The notes under the pieces: generated by a model
Seen by the model: the letters and a program-made list of their open reading frames with translations, nothing else
What the model was told of the DNA's origin: nothing
Database searches by the model: none
In this document: positions 39,075 to 52,854 of the stretch, piece after piece
Layout: the number at the start of each line of letters is the position of its first letter
How positions within the stretch are numbered: the stretch's first letter is position 1
Assembly: GCA_951406725.2 (NCBI GenBank)
Contig: OX597818.1
Span: forward strand, 140,430,001-140,494,000
DNA: 64,000 bases
Direction: 5' to 3'
From: Octopus vulgaris
Taxonomy: Eukaryota
Made by a program: the position numbers and the translations under genes

Positions 39075-39284
39075 TATAATGTGATAAATAAAAATATATG
39101 ATACATACATATATACCTATATATATATTTGTTGTGCAAGATTTTTTTATGTGTTGAAACAGATATTGTTGTATTTCGGACTGGTCCTTTTGCCAGTTTA
39201 GCCGATAAAAACGCACGCACTATATATTTTGTGTTACTTTGCTTCAGTGTTATTTATTTTTTACATTACTCTTAATCTTATTTC

Positions 39285-39443
39285 GGCCAAAGTTCTTTCG
39301 TCACACTCCTGTGAGCGCATCAGTGGTCCTTTGCTTTCTTCTTTCTTATTTGTGTCTCTCCCACTTCAGATTTATTGTATTCTTATTTTATGTCCTATGT
39401 CTGGATATCTTTCATTACACATCCTGTGAGCTCTTCGACGACA
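39285..39443 (-). ncRNA. Two tandem degenerate hammerhead motifs about 113 bp apart
   Basis: ggacca-CTGATGC-gctcacaggagtgtgac-GAAA-gaac-TT^tggcc and tgtcg-TCGAAGA-gctcacaggatgtgtaat-GAAA-gatatc-CA^gaca. Both have core mutations. Confidence 0.45.
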
Positions 39444-40009
39444 CTGAGTCCTACGTGTCTCCTCCTGTCCTGTTTAGGCTATATACATAAGCGTGTGTGG
39501 GTGTTTGTGAGTATGTGTGTTCGCTCGTGTGTTCTTTCTTTTTATTTTTTTTTTTGGTGGCAGGATGTAACTTGAACAAACTTGCTTGCGATTTAAAGCA
39601 AATCAAACGTAATGAAATAGATTCTCTCATATGCTCCTTCCTATAAAGAATGATTCGTGTTCACTCACGTTATATCATTATGGTGTCGCTGTGTATGACT
39701 CGTGTAATGTGAGTTAATTAGTCACTTCACTTAAAGTATTACTTAGAGAATTCAACTGAAATGTGACAATTTTTCATGACTTATTTTTCCGAAACCAAAA
39801 TGCTTGTTATGTCCATGACCATTTCTTACGTGGCTTTATTTCCGCTCACCTTTTAAATGTTAATCTCTGATTGGATGTGTGTATTTTTTTTAATGGGAAT
39901 ATCATGAATTTTTGTTATGTTCGTGTTAGAATATTTCCTTAAGGAAACGAACATACTTCTCTCGCACTCTCTCGCCTTTTGTACCCTCTATACATATAAA
40001 GATCTCGGT

Positions 40010-40380
40010 GATGATGTTATTGTTGTTGATCGTACTGTTCATAGTGACGATGATACCGATGTTGATGATGATGGAGATGGTGATGGTGATGGTGATGGTG
40101 GTGGTGATGTTGGTATAGAGATATGGTGGTGGTGTTAGTGCTGTAAATGCTGACAATAATACTAATTGGTAGTACTGATAGTGTTGGTGGTGATGGCAGT
40201 GCTGATGGTATTGGTGATCGAATCACTTGAACTGATGGAGCTAGTAGCGGTCGTGATGGCAATGGTGATGTTTCTAATGATATTGGTACTGCTATTAGTT
40301 TATTGTGGAGACGGAGGTTGGTACAAGTGATGAAGATGAAGATGATGATGTTGGTGTTGATTCTGTAGGAGGTGATGATA
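40010..40380. repeat. Degenerate (GAT/GGT)n trinucleotide tract
   Basis: Direct reading. Confidence 0.85.
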
Positions 40381-40708
40381 TGACTGTTTATTAACATTCT
40401 TATTTTATTAGCATTATTGTATGTGTTTTTACGTGGTAAGAGCAATATCAGAGAAAATGGAGTTAATAGAGTTATTTTTCAATACTTCCACTCTCTCACA
40501 CACACACTCTCTCTCCACCCCCACCCCCCACACACACGCACACATCGAGACAAGCTTAGCCATACATACTTACTTAGGTTCAGAAACACAATTCAACACA
40601 GTGAAAGCTTTTTGATTACATAGCTACGCTGACTGAATGCCGTGCATGCTTCTTCAGCAACAACGGTAATAAGAACACTAATATGGACAAGAATAAAGAA
40701 TAACGATA

Positions 40709-40709
<1 letters not shown>

Positions 40710-40798
<89 letters not shown>

Positions 40799-40805
40799 TA
40801 ATAAT
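40710..40805. repeat. Compound (ACT)n(AAT)n microsatellite
   Basis: Direct reading. Confidence 0.95.
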
Positions 40806-41338
40806 TTCATGGTTTTATGTTATTGTCTGTTTTTTGTCTCTTACATTTTACTTTGTTTATTGGTGATGATTTCTAGCTTCATAGAAGATCACATTGTTGT
40901 AATGAAATGTTTGTTGTTGATTGAGTCACCCGTGTCTTATCACCTCAGGTGAGGTGAAAGATACATAACTGCAGAACAAATACATAGGTATGTGTACCAG
41001 CACATATTTTAGTCAGGCAACGATATCACTAGCGATATTATCACAGAATTACTGGAAGTATTATTTGTACATACATATTTTGCAGGTAAACATCGTAGGA
41101 AGATTCCTTTATTCTTCAGCCTTAGCTCATAGCTTTTAGTGTCTTCTTGGTCAGAATTGCTGAGATTTACTAGGAGATGACTGAAGAGATTCATATTCTG
41201 AAAATATAATCGAATGTTTACTGGTGGTGTCAGTGGTAATGTAGATGATAGCGTTGAATGTGGTGCTTTTTTTCATTAAGCGGCGAGTCTTCTTTTAAGA
41301 CGATGGGGCTGTTACCAAACATGCTTATAATTGAATGT

Positions 41339-41728
41339 AGTGAAGGCGCAATGGCCCAGTGGTTAGGGCAGCGGACTCGCGGTCATAGGATCGCGGTTTC
41401 GATTCCCAGACCGGACGTTGTGAGTGTTTATTGAGCGAAAACACCTAAAGCTCCACGAGGCTCCGGCAGGGGATGGTGGTGATCCCTGCTGTACTCTTTC
41501 ACCACAACTTTCTCTCACTCTTACTTCCTGTTTCTGTTGTACCTGTATTTCAAAGGGCCGGCCTTGTCACTCTCTGTGTCACGCTGAATATCCCCGAGAA
41601 CTTCGTTAAGTGTACACGTGTCTGTGGAGTGCTCAGTCACTTACACGTTAATTTTACGAGCAGGCTGTTCCGTTGATTCGGATCAACCGGAACCCTCATC
41701 GTCGTAACCGACGGAGTGCTTCCATTCC
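41339..41728 (+). mobile_element. SINE family B (tRNA-derived head, tail type 1), full length with a 12-bp TSD
   Basis: A box tggcccagtggtta and B-box-like gtttcgattccc. TSD ataattgaatgt at 41327-41338 and 41729-41740. Confidence 0.93.
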
Positions 41729-42088
41729 ATAATTGAATGTTGCAGCCATTGCATTGAATAATACTACTGGCAGATATCAGCAACGAAGATCTGAAGAAAA
41801 CTTCTGGATGTATCGTAAACAACTCAGAAATACTTTTAGAAAGCAATGTAGGTGAGGTTGGAGAGTAAGTGCTTCCTCCCACTATTTTTGCTGAAAAGTC
41901 TTTCAGAGTAGCGAATACAACCTAATTTGTACAGGCTTACTCTCAGCATGTCGTTGAATGCTAGAGACAAAAGCTGGGATGTAACATTTTACCATATATA
42001 TATATAAGAGGCTGTGTTTTCCAAAATGGAGGTGAACACCTTTCTCCATGTGATCGGCTTGAAAAGCTGTTAAGACACTAGGATATTT

Positions 42089-42926
42089 GGATCTTTACCT
42101 TTTGAACGGCATATGTCAACACAATTTCTAGTTAACTAAACACTTTTAAACTTCGTATACTGGTAGAATGTGTTTATAAAACATCATTTTTTCTTGGCTT
42201 TATTGAGAAAATTCTATAGTTTGTAAGATATTTCCACTTTAAAATCGAGCATTTCGGCAATTTTAACCAATCAAATACGTCCATTTAGGTAAACAACATT
42301 CCGTGCTGTATGAATATGTCCCTCCTTTAAGAAACAGATTGGGCTTATTTACATTTGCGAAGAAAAAAATATACCCTTCCCCACACCTAACCCTAACCTA
42401 AACCTAACTCTAACTAACTAACCCTAAAACAGATTGAAATGCAATAGATCGATACTAGGGTTATAATTATGGGTGACAATTTCATACGACACTGCTACGG
42501 AAAATGGGATTTTTTTCTAGCGATGTCAAATGAAGTTGTCACCCATAATTATAACCCTAGTATCGATCTGTTGCATTTCAATCTATTTTAGGGTTAGGTT
42601 TAGAGTTATGGTTAGGGTTAGGGTTAGGGGTGGGGGAAGGGTATATTTTTTTCTTCGCAATTGTAAATAAGTCCAATCTGTTTCTTAAAGGAGGGACATA
42701 TTCATACAGCACGGAATGTTGTTTACCTAAATGGACTTAGTTGATCGGTTAAAATTGCTGAAATGCTCGATTTTAAAGTGGAAATATCTTACAAACTATA
42801 GAATTTTCTCAATAAAGCCAAGAAAAAATGATGTTTTATAAACACATTCTACCAGTATACGAAGTTTAAAAGTGTTTAGTTAACTGGAAATTGTGTTGAA
42901 AACAGCCGTTCAAAAGGAAAAGATCC
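42089..42926. mobile_element. 838-bp fold-back non-autonomous DNA transposon with GG..CC termini, an 8-bp TSD and internal (TTAGGG)-type repeats; Merlin-like or hAT-like
   Basis: Arms of about 410 bp meet near 42505. Termini GGATCTTT / AAAGATCC. TSD ggatattt at 42081-42088 and 42927-42934. CCCTAA run at about 42386-42427 and TTAGGG run at about 42588-42630. Confidence 0.9.
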
Positions 42927-43739
42927 GGATATTTTCCTACGTTCCTTAACAGGAAACCAATGTGGTATTGAGCACTCATTTTCATCGTTCAACATTTACG
43001 TAAATATATATATACGTGTGTGTGTGTGTGTGTGTATCTACGCATTTCAATTATAGACGATATATAGTGAACATTCATATATCAATGAAACAAAAAACGA
43101 AATGATTTTCCTTACTGCTTTTGGTAGGGTGGTATGTTTATTGAGTTTTATTATAGTAACATGGCAGTCACATATCTTTAAATGCGAGAGTTATCGCAAA
43201 TACTATATTTTGATTTAATACAATTAAGTAAATAATAAATTAATACAAACAACTGGTATACGGCCATAAATGCTGCAGTCAATTTAAATCATATTACTAA
43301 AGTTATATTTAAAGTTATTAATGTCAAAGACAGACATGAAAATAAATAACTCCTAATCGATATGGCAATTCTAATGGACAGAGATATATCTTTTAAAAGA
43401 AATGGAGAAACTATTCGCTGATGCATGAAATAGTATTCACATAAAAATTGTGACATACAGTCAAAATCTTTAGCTTGTTTATGTGGAATGTGAACTTCCA
43501 AGTTCAAAGTTGAAGTATACGAGGTCAATGTCTATATCAACACCCCTTCTAACTATCATTTATCATACACCGTTGGATAAAACACTACATTCAAATATAC
43601 CTTCAGTTGTTTCAATTGTTTTTACATTATTCTATGGCATTGTATATCTTCCTTGTGTACCAGTAAAAGGCGTTTTTCATCGCTATAGTTCAAATGTAGA
43701 TACATAACTGTCTGGTGTACAGTTATACGATTATAAAAC

Positions 43740-44030
43740 GAGCCGTACGGCTGCGAGTAGAAGAAACGATTCAATGCTTGAGGAAACGACAGCGGACGCA
43801 AACCAAGTGACTATGGCCAATGTACCAAAACTGCAATATTTTGGCTACTTTATCAAAGCCTAGAATTTCTGTCCCAGCGACCTAGATAGCTAGGTAGACG
43901 GACTATGCGTTTGCAGGGTTCATAAACGGAGAAGAAATAATAACGTCAAGGACTGAAAAAGAAAACCCTAGCGAGATGTACGGCTGCAACAGGAGACTGT
44001 TGCAAAGAGTGGTCATTGTCTCACGCCTCC
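43740..44030 (+). pseudogene. Decayed RTE/BovB-like LINE 3' coding fragment
   Basis: SRRNDSMLEE...KLQYFGY resembles the RTE-BovB C-terminal 'ARRSNQSILKE...KLQYFGH'. Confidence 0.45.
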
Positions 44031-45097
44031 TACCCTCAAACACAAGGATGAGATATTCATTTATTCAGATATCGCCATATTTCATTCTATAACGGCTAAC
44101 TCTGATGAACGCTGTGTTACATAATCGGACTGTTGAATCCCCAGTACGAAACCGACAGGTATCATCAGTTGTAATGGATATATAATACTGGACACTTCGA
44201 TTATACATATACATGTGTGTCTCTTTGTGTGTTCGTGTCCGTGTGTGTATGTACAATTACATATGTATATATATATATGTATGCACATATGTCTGTATGC
44301 ACATATGTGTGTGTGCATGTGTGTGATAAAACATATTTAATTCTATATTTCTATTATTCCACCACACAGAGGATCTTTGACACATACTCCAACCACTACA
44401 TATAAAAAATTTAGACGAGGACACATTTTCTATTCAATGTTTGAATTTTCTCTGCAGGACAAATACATATAAAACATATAAAGTTTAAATACTGTAAATG
44501 ATATATACATACATACATATATATATATATTCTTCCATCCCAGCCAGAACAAAGGCCTTTTCGTTTGTTTTTCTCGTTTGTTTTCTTGTTTATTTTAATT
44601 TCTCGTATTGTATTTTATTTCTCGCTTTGTATTTTCTTGTACATGTATTTTTATCTTGTATTTTATTGTGCGGTTTTATTGTTACGTTCTGTTTGTGTTA
44701 CATTTTTTCTTGCTTGTTTTACCTCTCTGCGAGGTTATTTTATTTTTTCTCTCGCAGGAAGGCCTAGTATTGACGAGTCGTGTCCTGTCTTGCCTTCGAA
44801 ACACGCTTAAGTCTACTAGCGACAGCTGATGATTGGGGATTTTCCTTGTGTAGCTTGTCCTGTACCTTGTTTTTCTGTTGTAAATAATGTTTTTCCCGTT
44901 TTCGTTCTCGTCCTGTTCCACGTCTCTGTCTTTCTGTTGTAAAAAAAATGGCTTTTCCGTTTTCGTTTCTGTTGAGTTCCATGTATTTTTGTGGTGTCCT
45001 GTACTTATGTATATATATTTATATATGCATGTATATATACATGTAGATGTAGGTACGAACATAGATGTTTGTATGTATGCATATATTTTATTTATTA

Positions 45098-45160
<63 letters not shown>

Positions 45161-45564
45161 GGCGCAGGAGTCGCTGTGTGGTAAGTAGCTTGCTAACCAA
45201 CAACATGGTTCCGGGTTCAGTACCACTGAGTGGCATCTTGGGAAAGTGTCTTCTGCTATAGCCCCGGGCCAACCAATGCCTTGTGAGTGGATTTGGTAGA
45301 CGGAAACTGAAAGAAGCCTGTCGTATATATGTATATATATATATGCATGTGTGTGTATATGTTTGTGTGTCTGTGTTTGTCCCCCTAGCATTGCTTGGCA
45401 ACCGATGCTGGCGTGTTTACGTCCCCGTCACTTAGCGGTTCGGCAAAAGAGACCGATAGAATAAGTACTGGGCTTACAAAAAATAAGTCTCGGGGTCGAT
45501 TTGCTCGATTAAAGGCAGTGCTCCAGCATGGCCGCAGTCAACTGACTGAAACAAGTAAAAGAGT
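45161..45564 (+). mobile_element. SINE family A, full length
   Basis: Near-identical to 29748-30176. Confidence 0.93.
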
Positions 45565-45788
45565 ATATATATATGAGAGGTATTGGTATCTAGAAGACCC
45601 AAATAGTGGCAGGAAATCTAAGTAAATGCTATGGACGCACTGTAGTTAAACTCTTGGTTCGATAAGGATACGAGTAAGGAGTCTAATGTGGGTCTTTTTT
45701 AGCATACATATGTATATTAGACAAAATGGAGTAACACAGACAAGACTGTGAAGAGTTTTCAGGACATTTATAAGGGAAAGGTTATATA

Positions 45789-45835
45789 GTCTTGCAGCTG
45801 TTTCTGGGATATTATGGATATCCTTCATCAGAGAC
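45789..45835 (-). ncRNA. Type-I hammerhead motif (U16.1 mutated to C)
   Basis: Minus: gtct-CTGATGA-aggatat(ccata)atatccca-GAAA-cagctg-CA^agac. Confidence 0.65.
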
Positions 45836-47502
45836 GATGTGAGATTGTTAAATAGTGGTAAACATTTGAGTTCGAGATGAAGAATTATTATATATAGGGA
45901 ATATAGAGGAAAAAAAGAGAATGAACGTAGAAATAAGATATAAGATATATAAATATATTGTAGTGGAATTTCCATTATTCGAGGAAAGTGGTATATAGAA
46001 GTGCTAAAAATGTCCTGCGTATGGTATATAAGTTTCAATAGTAGTTCATGTTTAGCCATTTCAAAGTATGGAGCCGTGGATTCTGTGTTGTTCATTCGAA
46101 AGGATCTTGCGGGGGTGAATGAAAAGTTGAGAATGTATTGGTAGTATTTGTGGATAGATGGGGAGGAAAGATGTGTATGATTCGAATGAGGAGATAGGTC
46201 AAAAGGAAAACAGGAAGAGAAAATGAGAGGAAGAAAGAGAGAAAAAAAGAAAGAAGAGAGAAAGTTGAAAGGAGTGGAAAAGTGAAGAAAGTGTGTAAGA
46301 AGCGAGAAAAGGAGTATTAGTTGGTGGTGATCTGGGCGGAGTCGAATGATCCCATGGAAATGTCAACTAAATTGCTATGGTTATTGATATTGTTATGGTG
46401 ATTGGCCCGGCACATGAGTCTGTCCTAAAAAAAATAAGGGTTTTACAGGCATTAAGGATTATGTTAATTTCTAGTGGTGTAAGGTTAGTTAGATTCCTAA
46501 CTAAAAGAAAAGCTTGATTAAGGAGTTTGGGGGAAATAGAAGAGTAGTAATTATTCATATCGAATTGTAGGAAAGAATAAGAGTTCCTGTTGTTTAAGAG
46601 ATGGAAGCATGTTATAACTTCACAAAGTACGTCTTGTGATCTTTGAGGTTGAAGCGTGGAGGTGTAGGGCAGTAGGTTTCTGTTCGATTATCCAAGTGTA
46701 ATTTCTTCATAAATTTGCAATAGTTGGTGCTGATATAATCAAGGGCGAATGCTGGTGCCAGCTTGTGAGATTTGTAGAGTTGCGTCTTTATGAATTTGTT
46801 GTATTCCTCGATGGTAATAGAATACATATTTTCGGTTTTATCCGAGAAGACGTGTAATTTAGAGGATGAAACGATTCGTTTTACGGTATGTGAACGTTGT
46901 TTTTGAAAGGGGGATATATATTTAGAGAATTTAATTATTCTAATCATATGAAGCATATCTGTTTCAAATTTGTCGAGTTGGAAATTTTGTGGAGGGTGTT
47001 TATATGATCGAAGGTTGTATGTGTTGGTGTTACTATCGCTTCGTTATTTTTGGCTGTCGTGGAAGAAGGCTTTCCATCACATTCTTCGGAAGAGGTCCTT
47101 AGTTTCGGTGAGGAGGAGTAAGAGAAAAGACCTTTGTGAAGGAATAGGTATGTCATTAAGAGAGATGCCAAGGAAGTGTATCCATTATGAAAGCTGTTAT
47201 GTTACCTGTAATAAGTGCTTGTATTAGTGAGGAAGCGAGGGGATGAGAGGCTCCATACTTTGAAATGACTAAACATGAACTACTATTGAAACCTACATAC
47301 CATATACAGGAAACTTTTTTTACCAATTCTATACACCACTTCCCTCGAATAATGGAACTGCCACTACAATATCTTTATATATTTTATATTTTATTTCTAC
47401 TTCCATTCTATTATTTACCTCTATATTCCCTATCTCCTCCTTTTCCATAATACTTCCTCATCTCGAACTCAAATATTTACCGCTATTTAACCATCTCACA
47501 TC

Positions 47503-47550
47503 ATCTCTGATGAAGGGATATCCATAATATCTCAGAAGCAGCTGTAAGAC
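47503..47550 (+). ncRNA. Type-I hammerhead motif (GAAA mutated to GAAG)
   Basis: atct-CTGATGA-agggatat..atatctca-GAAG-cagctg-TA^agac. The consensus with the 45789 copy is canonical, with palindrome ACAGCTGT. Confidence 0.65.
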
Positions 47551-47621
47551 TATATAACTTTTTCCTTATAAATGTCCTGAAAACTCCTGACAGTCTTGGC
47601 TTTGTTATCACATTTTGTCTA

Positions 47622-47755
<134 letters not shown>

Positions 47756-48034
47756 ACTGTATCAGACAAACCACAAAAATAAACAATACACGAAACATAA
47801 AAAGGTGGTTGTGATTTTGCAACTTGACAAAATTCTCAGTAAATATCCCTCATAGTACAACGAAAGTGGTGCTAAATACAATCATTCATATGTCTTATAC
47901 TTACAAAACTTAATGTTTTAACCATTATTCCAAGGCCAGGATGATAATGCCAATTATATAATTTCCTACATGCATGTTAATTACATCTCCAAGATAACAC
48001 TTATGGAAGGGATCAACCGACCAAATACCTTTTA

Positions 48035-48250
48035 TCTTTTACTTGATTTAGTCATCAGACTGCGGCCATGCTGGGACACAACCGCGAAGAACTGTTTTAA
48101 TCGAGTGAACCGATTCATGTCTTATACTTATTCTTTAAAAAACTGATACTCATCCTCTTGGGGGTCTACTACCGAACCGCTATGTTACGAGTAACTAAAT
48201 GCACCAACACCGGTTGACAGGGAGAGTGATGGAAAAATAAGGACACACAT
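48035..48250 (-). mobile_element. Diverged SINE A-related 3' half
   Basis: ttttacttg..agtcatcagactgcggccatgctgg..ccgaaccgcta..ccaacaccggttg. Confidence 0.7.
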
Positions 48251-48623
48251 ATGCGCACGCACGCATAGACATACACATATATATATATATATATGAAATT
48301 TAAAATTAATAAAAGGACATGCTAAGTATGTCTACCTACTGGAAATAACAGTCAAAATTCTTATTATTTAAATAGCTAAAATACACTGATAATAACGACA
48401 GATATCAACCGTATTGAAATTATACATACATACATACATACATACATACGCCATGATAGATCGCTAGCCATTACACATTCTTTACTTTCTCTCCTTGTTT
48501 CTTTCTGTGGAAGATCGTAGGCTCGAAACGTTAAATACTTTTTCACTTCCCGAGCGTTATACTAATACATCTGTTTGTTGTCTACACCACATGTCTTCGT
48601 CTTTTGTTTTTTTTGTGAATTCT

Positions 48624-48696
<73 letters not shown>

Positions 48697-48701
<5 letters not shown>

Positions 48702-48792
48702 CATGTTGGGCAAGTGTCTTCTACTATAGCCTCGGGCCGACCAAAGCCTTGTGAGTGGATTTTGGTAGACTTAAACTGAAAGAAGCCTGTCG

Positions 48793-48860
<68 letters not shown>

Positions 48861-49081
48861 TGTGTGTGTTTGTGTGTCTGTGTTTGTCCCCCTAGCATTG
48901 CTTGACAACCGATGCTGGTGTGTTTATGTCACCGTAACTTAGCGGTTCGGCAACAGAGACTGATAGAATAAGTACTGGGCTTACAAAAAGAATAAGTCCC
49001 GGGGTCGAGTTGCTCGATTAAAGGCGGTGCTCCAGCATGGCCGCAGTCAAATGACTGAAACAAGTAAAAGAGTAAAGAGTA
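48697..49081 (+). mobile_element. SINE family A, 5'-truncated
   Basis: Matches 29817-30176. Confidence 0.9.
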
Positions 49082-49097
49082 AATAGTATATATATGC

Positions 49098-49225
49098 GGC
49101 GGGTTTCTTTCAGTTTCTGTCACTCACAAGTCTGAGGTAGGTCTGAGGTTATAGTAAAAGACATTTGCTCAAGGTGTCACGCAGTGGGACTGTACTCGGA
49201 GCTATCTGGCAAGGAAGCAACGCTT
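49098..49225 (-). mobile_element. Diverged SINE family A 5' half, inverted relative to 48697
   Basis: ttctttcagtttc..cactcacaag..tatagtaaaagacatttgctcaaggtgtcacgcagtgggactg. Confidence 0.75.
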
Positions 49226-50271
49226 TATGTGGGTATTTTAGATCTCATTTAAAATAATAGCAAAATTCTAAAATAATAAGGTATGGAAGTGCTAAAAACA
49301 AAATGTTTCATATCTTCACTGAAATATTATTTTTATTATTGCATTTCTGATATTCACAGCGATGATATCAAATGTTGAAGTATTTACAGCAACATCATTT
49401 ACAAATTGAAAAAATAAACAAAAATAGATCGAATCATTTAATTAAAGTCGTTATTGTATTTATAATTAGAAATGTCATTCTCATAACATTCTCACGAAAT
49501 TTTGCAGAAGTAAAGATCTGTGAATCTGACAATCCTTTCAATCCGATCTTATATCTGCTGCAGATCGCCATTTACCAACCTTACAAGTAATTAGAAATAA
49601 TTATTAAGCTCTATCTTCTGGCCGCATACACCATAAATTATATTCACAAATGTATTCGAATGCATCACGTAATAAAATAAAATCATTAGCTTTGCTATCT
49701 TCTCTGGACACCGAAATTTTATTTACAACCGTTTCCACACATAAAGCTATCAAAATTCTCTTCCGAACGAGAAGTGTTAATATCGAAAGAGAGGTGTTAA
49801 TATTTATTTTATGTTTCAAAAGCGAACACCCTTTCGCGTTTGTTGAAGGTTGAGTTCACTGTTAAATGTAAAGCTACATCCGTGGAAATTCATATCTCCG
49901 CTAGTTTTACATCGAAGGGAATTATAATGAAAGCTGTATTTAATAGACGTATCAATTTTCTACGAGATGATTATGTATAAGAAGATGATTTCATAATACA
50001 GCAACATTTCTATTCATGATATACCATACTTCTTTTGGAATGAACGCATTCTTTCAATACAGCGGTGAAAGTGGTTGTCTTTCAAATAAAATATATCGCA
50101 CCTAGGAGCCACGTCGGACTCCGTAGTTGTGGCGCTGTGTTTAGAAGAGGTTTCAATATGTTAAAGTGTGCAGAGTTGAGGATTGGGGAATGTAAGCAAG
50201 AAGCGTAAGTAATTTTTAGCTTCTTTGAGTAAGGCATGGTCGACAGGGAAATTCTCCGCAGTCGATAGATG

Positions 50272-50503
50272 CAGCAATCCCTCGCCATATCGCGGTTCAC
50301 CTATCGCGGTTTATTATTTAAGCTTACGTCGATTCCTCCTTGGTGTTGTTTTGCATTAATAATAAAGTAAAAAATACACAAATTATAAAAATAATTTTAA
50401 AATATATATAACGTACACTACTGTTTCCACTTCACGGATTTTCACTTATCGCGGGGACGGTGCTGCTTAGAACGTAACACATGCGATAGTCGAGGGATTA
50501 CTG
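50272..50503. mobile_element. Tigger/pogo-type MITE
   Basis: TIRs cagcaatccctcgccatatcgc / gcgatagtcgagggattactg followed by TA. Internal tatcgcgg repeats. Confidence 0.75.
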
Positions 50504-51247
50504 TATAATCTTAACAAGTGACTTTTGCAATGGAAACGTGATATACGATGATAGTGCGCGATGTATAAAGACATCTTTGCTTTGATTGTGCTACTGTAGT
50601 TCATGTCAGCATAAAATCATTCCCGATTTATTGGCTTGAGGAGCATGAGGCTGGTCACGAGGAGTACCTTCAACAATTCAGGCATCCCGACTGAATGCTT
50701 AGCTGATTATAAGTGAAATGAGATCCAATGTTGTAATAGATAGGTAAATAAGTGCTTTGTATGTGAAAAAACTGTTCGAGAATATTTGGCGTCTCAGAGT
50801 GTCTATTAAAAGAACGGCTAAGTGGGAAGGCGAGTTGGAACTTATTAAGTGGTGTTGAGTGACTGATCTTTCGTCTTCTGCATCAGTAGCACCGAGATGA
50901 AACGAGTAATAATCAGTAGTTGTCTACCTTGAATTCGTCGAGTGCAATGATTATCGAACTTCTTGATTATCCACCGGAAAACCACACCCCAGTAAACACG
51001 CCTGTGTCAGAGTTTAAGTGAGTTATAGCATCTTTAGAAACTCACTCAAAAATTCTTCCCAGTCTTCATGCTGCAATTCATGTATTTTTATACCATTTGT
51101 CCAAAGGATCGCATTCGGAGAAACAACAGAACCTCCTTGACCTTTTAGCGTTTAAACAAGCTATATCTATCCCAAATATATTCTGCCTGTTTTATGTTCA
51201 AACTGGTCACATCTGACCTCTCATACCTACTCAACCACATCTTTCTA

Positions 51248-51340
51248 TATGTATGTATGTATGCATGTATGTATGTATGTATGTATGTATGTATGTATGT
51301 ATGTATGTATGTATGTATGTATGTATGTATGTATGTATGT
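51248..51340. repeat. (TATG)n microsatellite
   Basis: Direct reading. Confidence 0.95.
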
Positions 51341-51624
51341 GTATATATATAATATAAGTTTTTAAGATACACGATCAAGTATATCTAATTTAAAACAAAT
51401 AAGCATTGTAAGCATTTGACAGAGTAATCTAAGTGCTAAAGGCTCAAGCAAGCAGTCGGCTCTCCACAGTTTTAGTTGTCATGACTATTCAGACCTAATG
51501 GTTAGCTGTTAAAACCACATTGATATCTCATCTGTGTAGAGTGTTATTGCTTCCCTCCTTAATTCTTTCTCCTCTCGTCTCTCTCATTCCCTGTTTTCTA
51601 GTATATTCATGAAGTGAAACATGC

Positions 51625-51785
51625 ATTTCCCCGGTCGTTGCTTTCAAAGTTCAAATTCCACCGAGGTCGACTTTAACTTTCATCCTACCGGGGTCGATAA
51701 GTACTAGTCGAGCACAGAGTTGACGTACTTGACAAGCTTCCTCCCCGCCCTCAAGATTTCAGACCTTGTGCTCATAGTAGAAAAG
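51625..51785 (+). mobile_element. Diverged SINE family C fragment
   Basis: gttcaaattccaccgaggtcgacttt..tttcatcct..ggggtcgataa core. Confidence 0.75.
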
Positions 51786-52441
51786 TTTCTTAGAAGGAAA
51801 GCATCGGCAAAGATTGAGATTTCGGCTGACATTCATTTAATAATAACATTACAAGTTTTCTCACCAATGAAGTAACCTAATTGTGGCCATATAATCAGCT
51901 AGAAAGAAGAGTTAATTCTCTTTCAGAACACATTCTCACTCTTGACAATACTAGATAATATAGTTCTAGATATCTTATCTCTTATCAAAAGGTCTTATGT
52001 CCATGGCTGGAATAAACTGGGTCATAAGTTCCCTTTAACAGGTTTAACATTTAGCTTAATAACATTGTCAGCGCACATGTCCATTGGAGATGTACAAAGC
52101 TTAGAATCAAATGTTTTCGCCGATCTAAATATACTTTGTATAACTAATCAAAGCAATCAGTATTTATTAAATCAATGTTAACGCAAGTAGATGAGGAGAG
52201 TATTATGATATTGGAACAAAATTAGCACGAATAAATCTAATTCTAATTCTAAGTTGATTAACAAGATAATCAAACCTTTTTGTGTGTTTTTATAAGAATC
52301 TGTACAACTTCTGCTATGTTAGCTATGTATGAAATGCTGTTTATTCAGTGTTTAAAGCGGGATATAAATATTGATTACATGGTAATTAAATCTTATAACT
52401 ACTTCATCACCACTCCTTAACGTACGTAAATGGTTCTATAA

Positions 52442-52514
<73 letters not shown>

Positions 52515-52854
52515 GATGTATATGTGTGTGTGAATGTGTGCACGCATACACACACAAACACACGCACAACCACATACACTCGCACACACAACCACATACA
52601 CATATGCATACACGCACATACACACATATATATATGTGTGTGTATGCCTGTGTGTGTTTGTGTGTGTGTGTCTGTGTGTGTATGAGTATGTGTTTTTGTA
52701 TAAATATACTTCCGCACGCGCAAACACACACAACTAGACACACACACACACACTATATATATATGTGTGTGTATACATACACACAACGTACATATTAACA
52801 TTTTCAGACATTTTTCGGGAGAGACGATTATTAATTACACATAAGTAGAAAATT

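Noticed and set aside
41343-41412. tRNA gene (also 29748-29820 and 34110-34165)
   Set aside because: These are tRNA-derived SINE heads with A/B boxes but no complete cloverleaf, continuing into a SINE body or microsatellite.
42386-42630. Interstitial telomere or chromosome-fusion site
   Set aside because: The repeats are short and internal to a TIR element with a clean 8-bp TSD.
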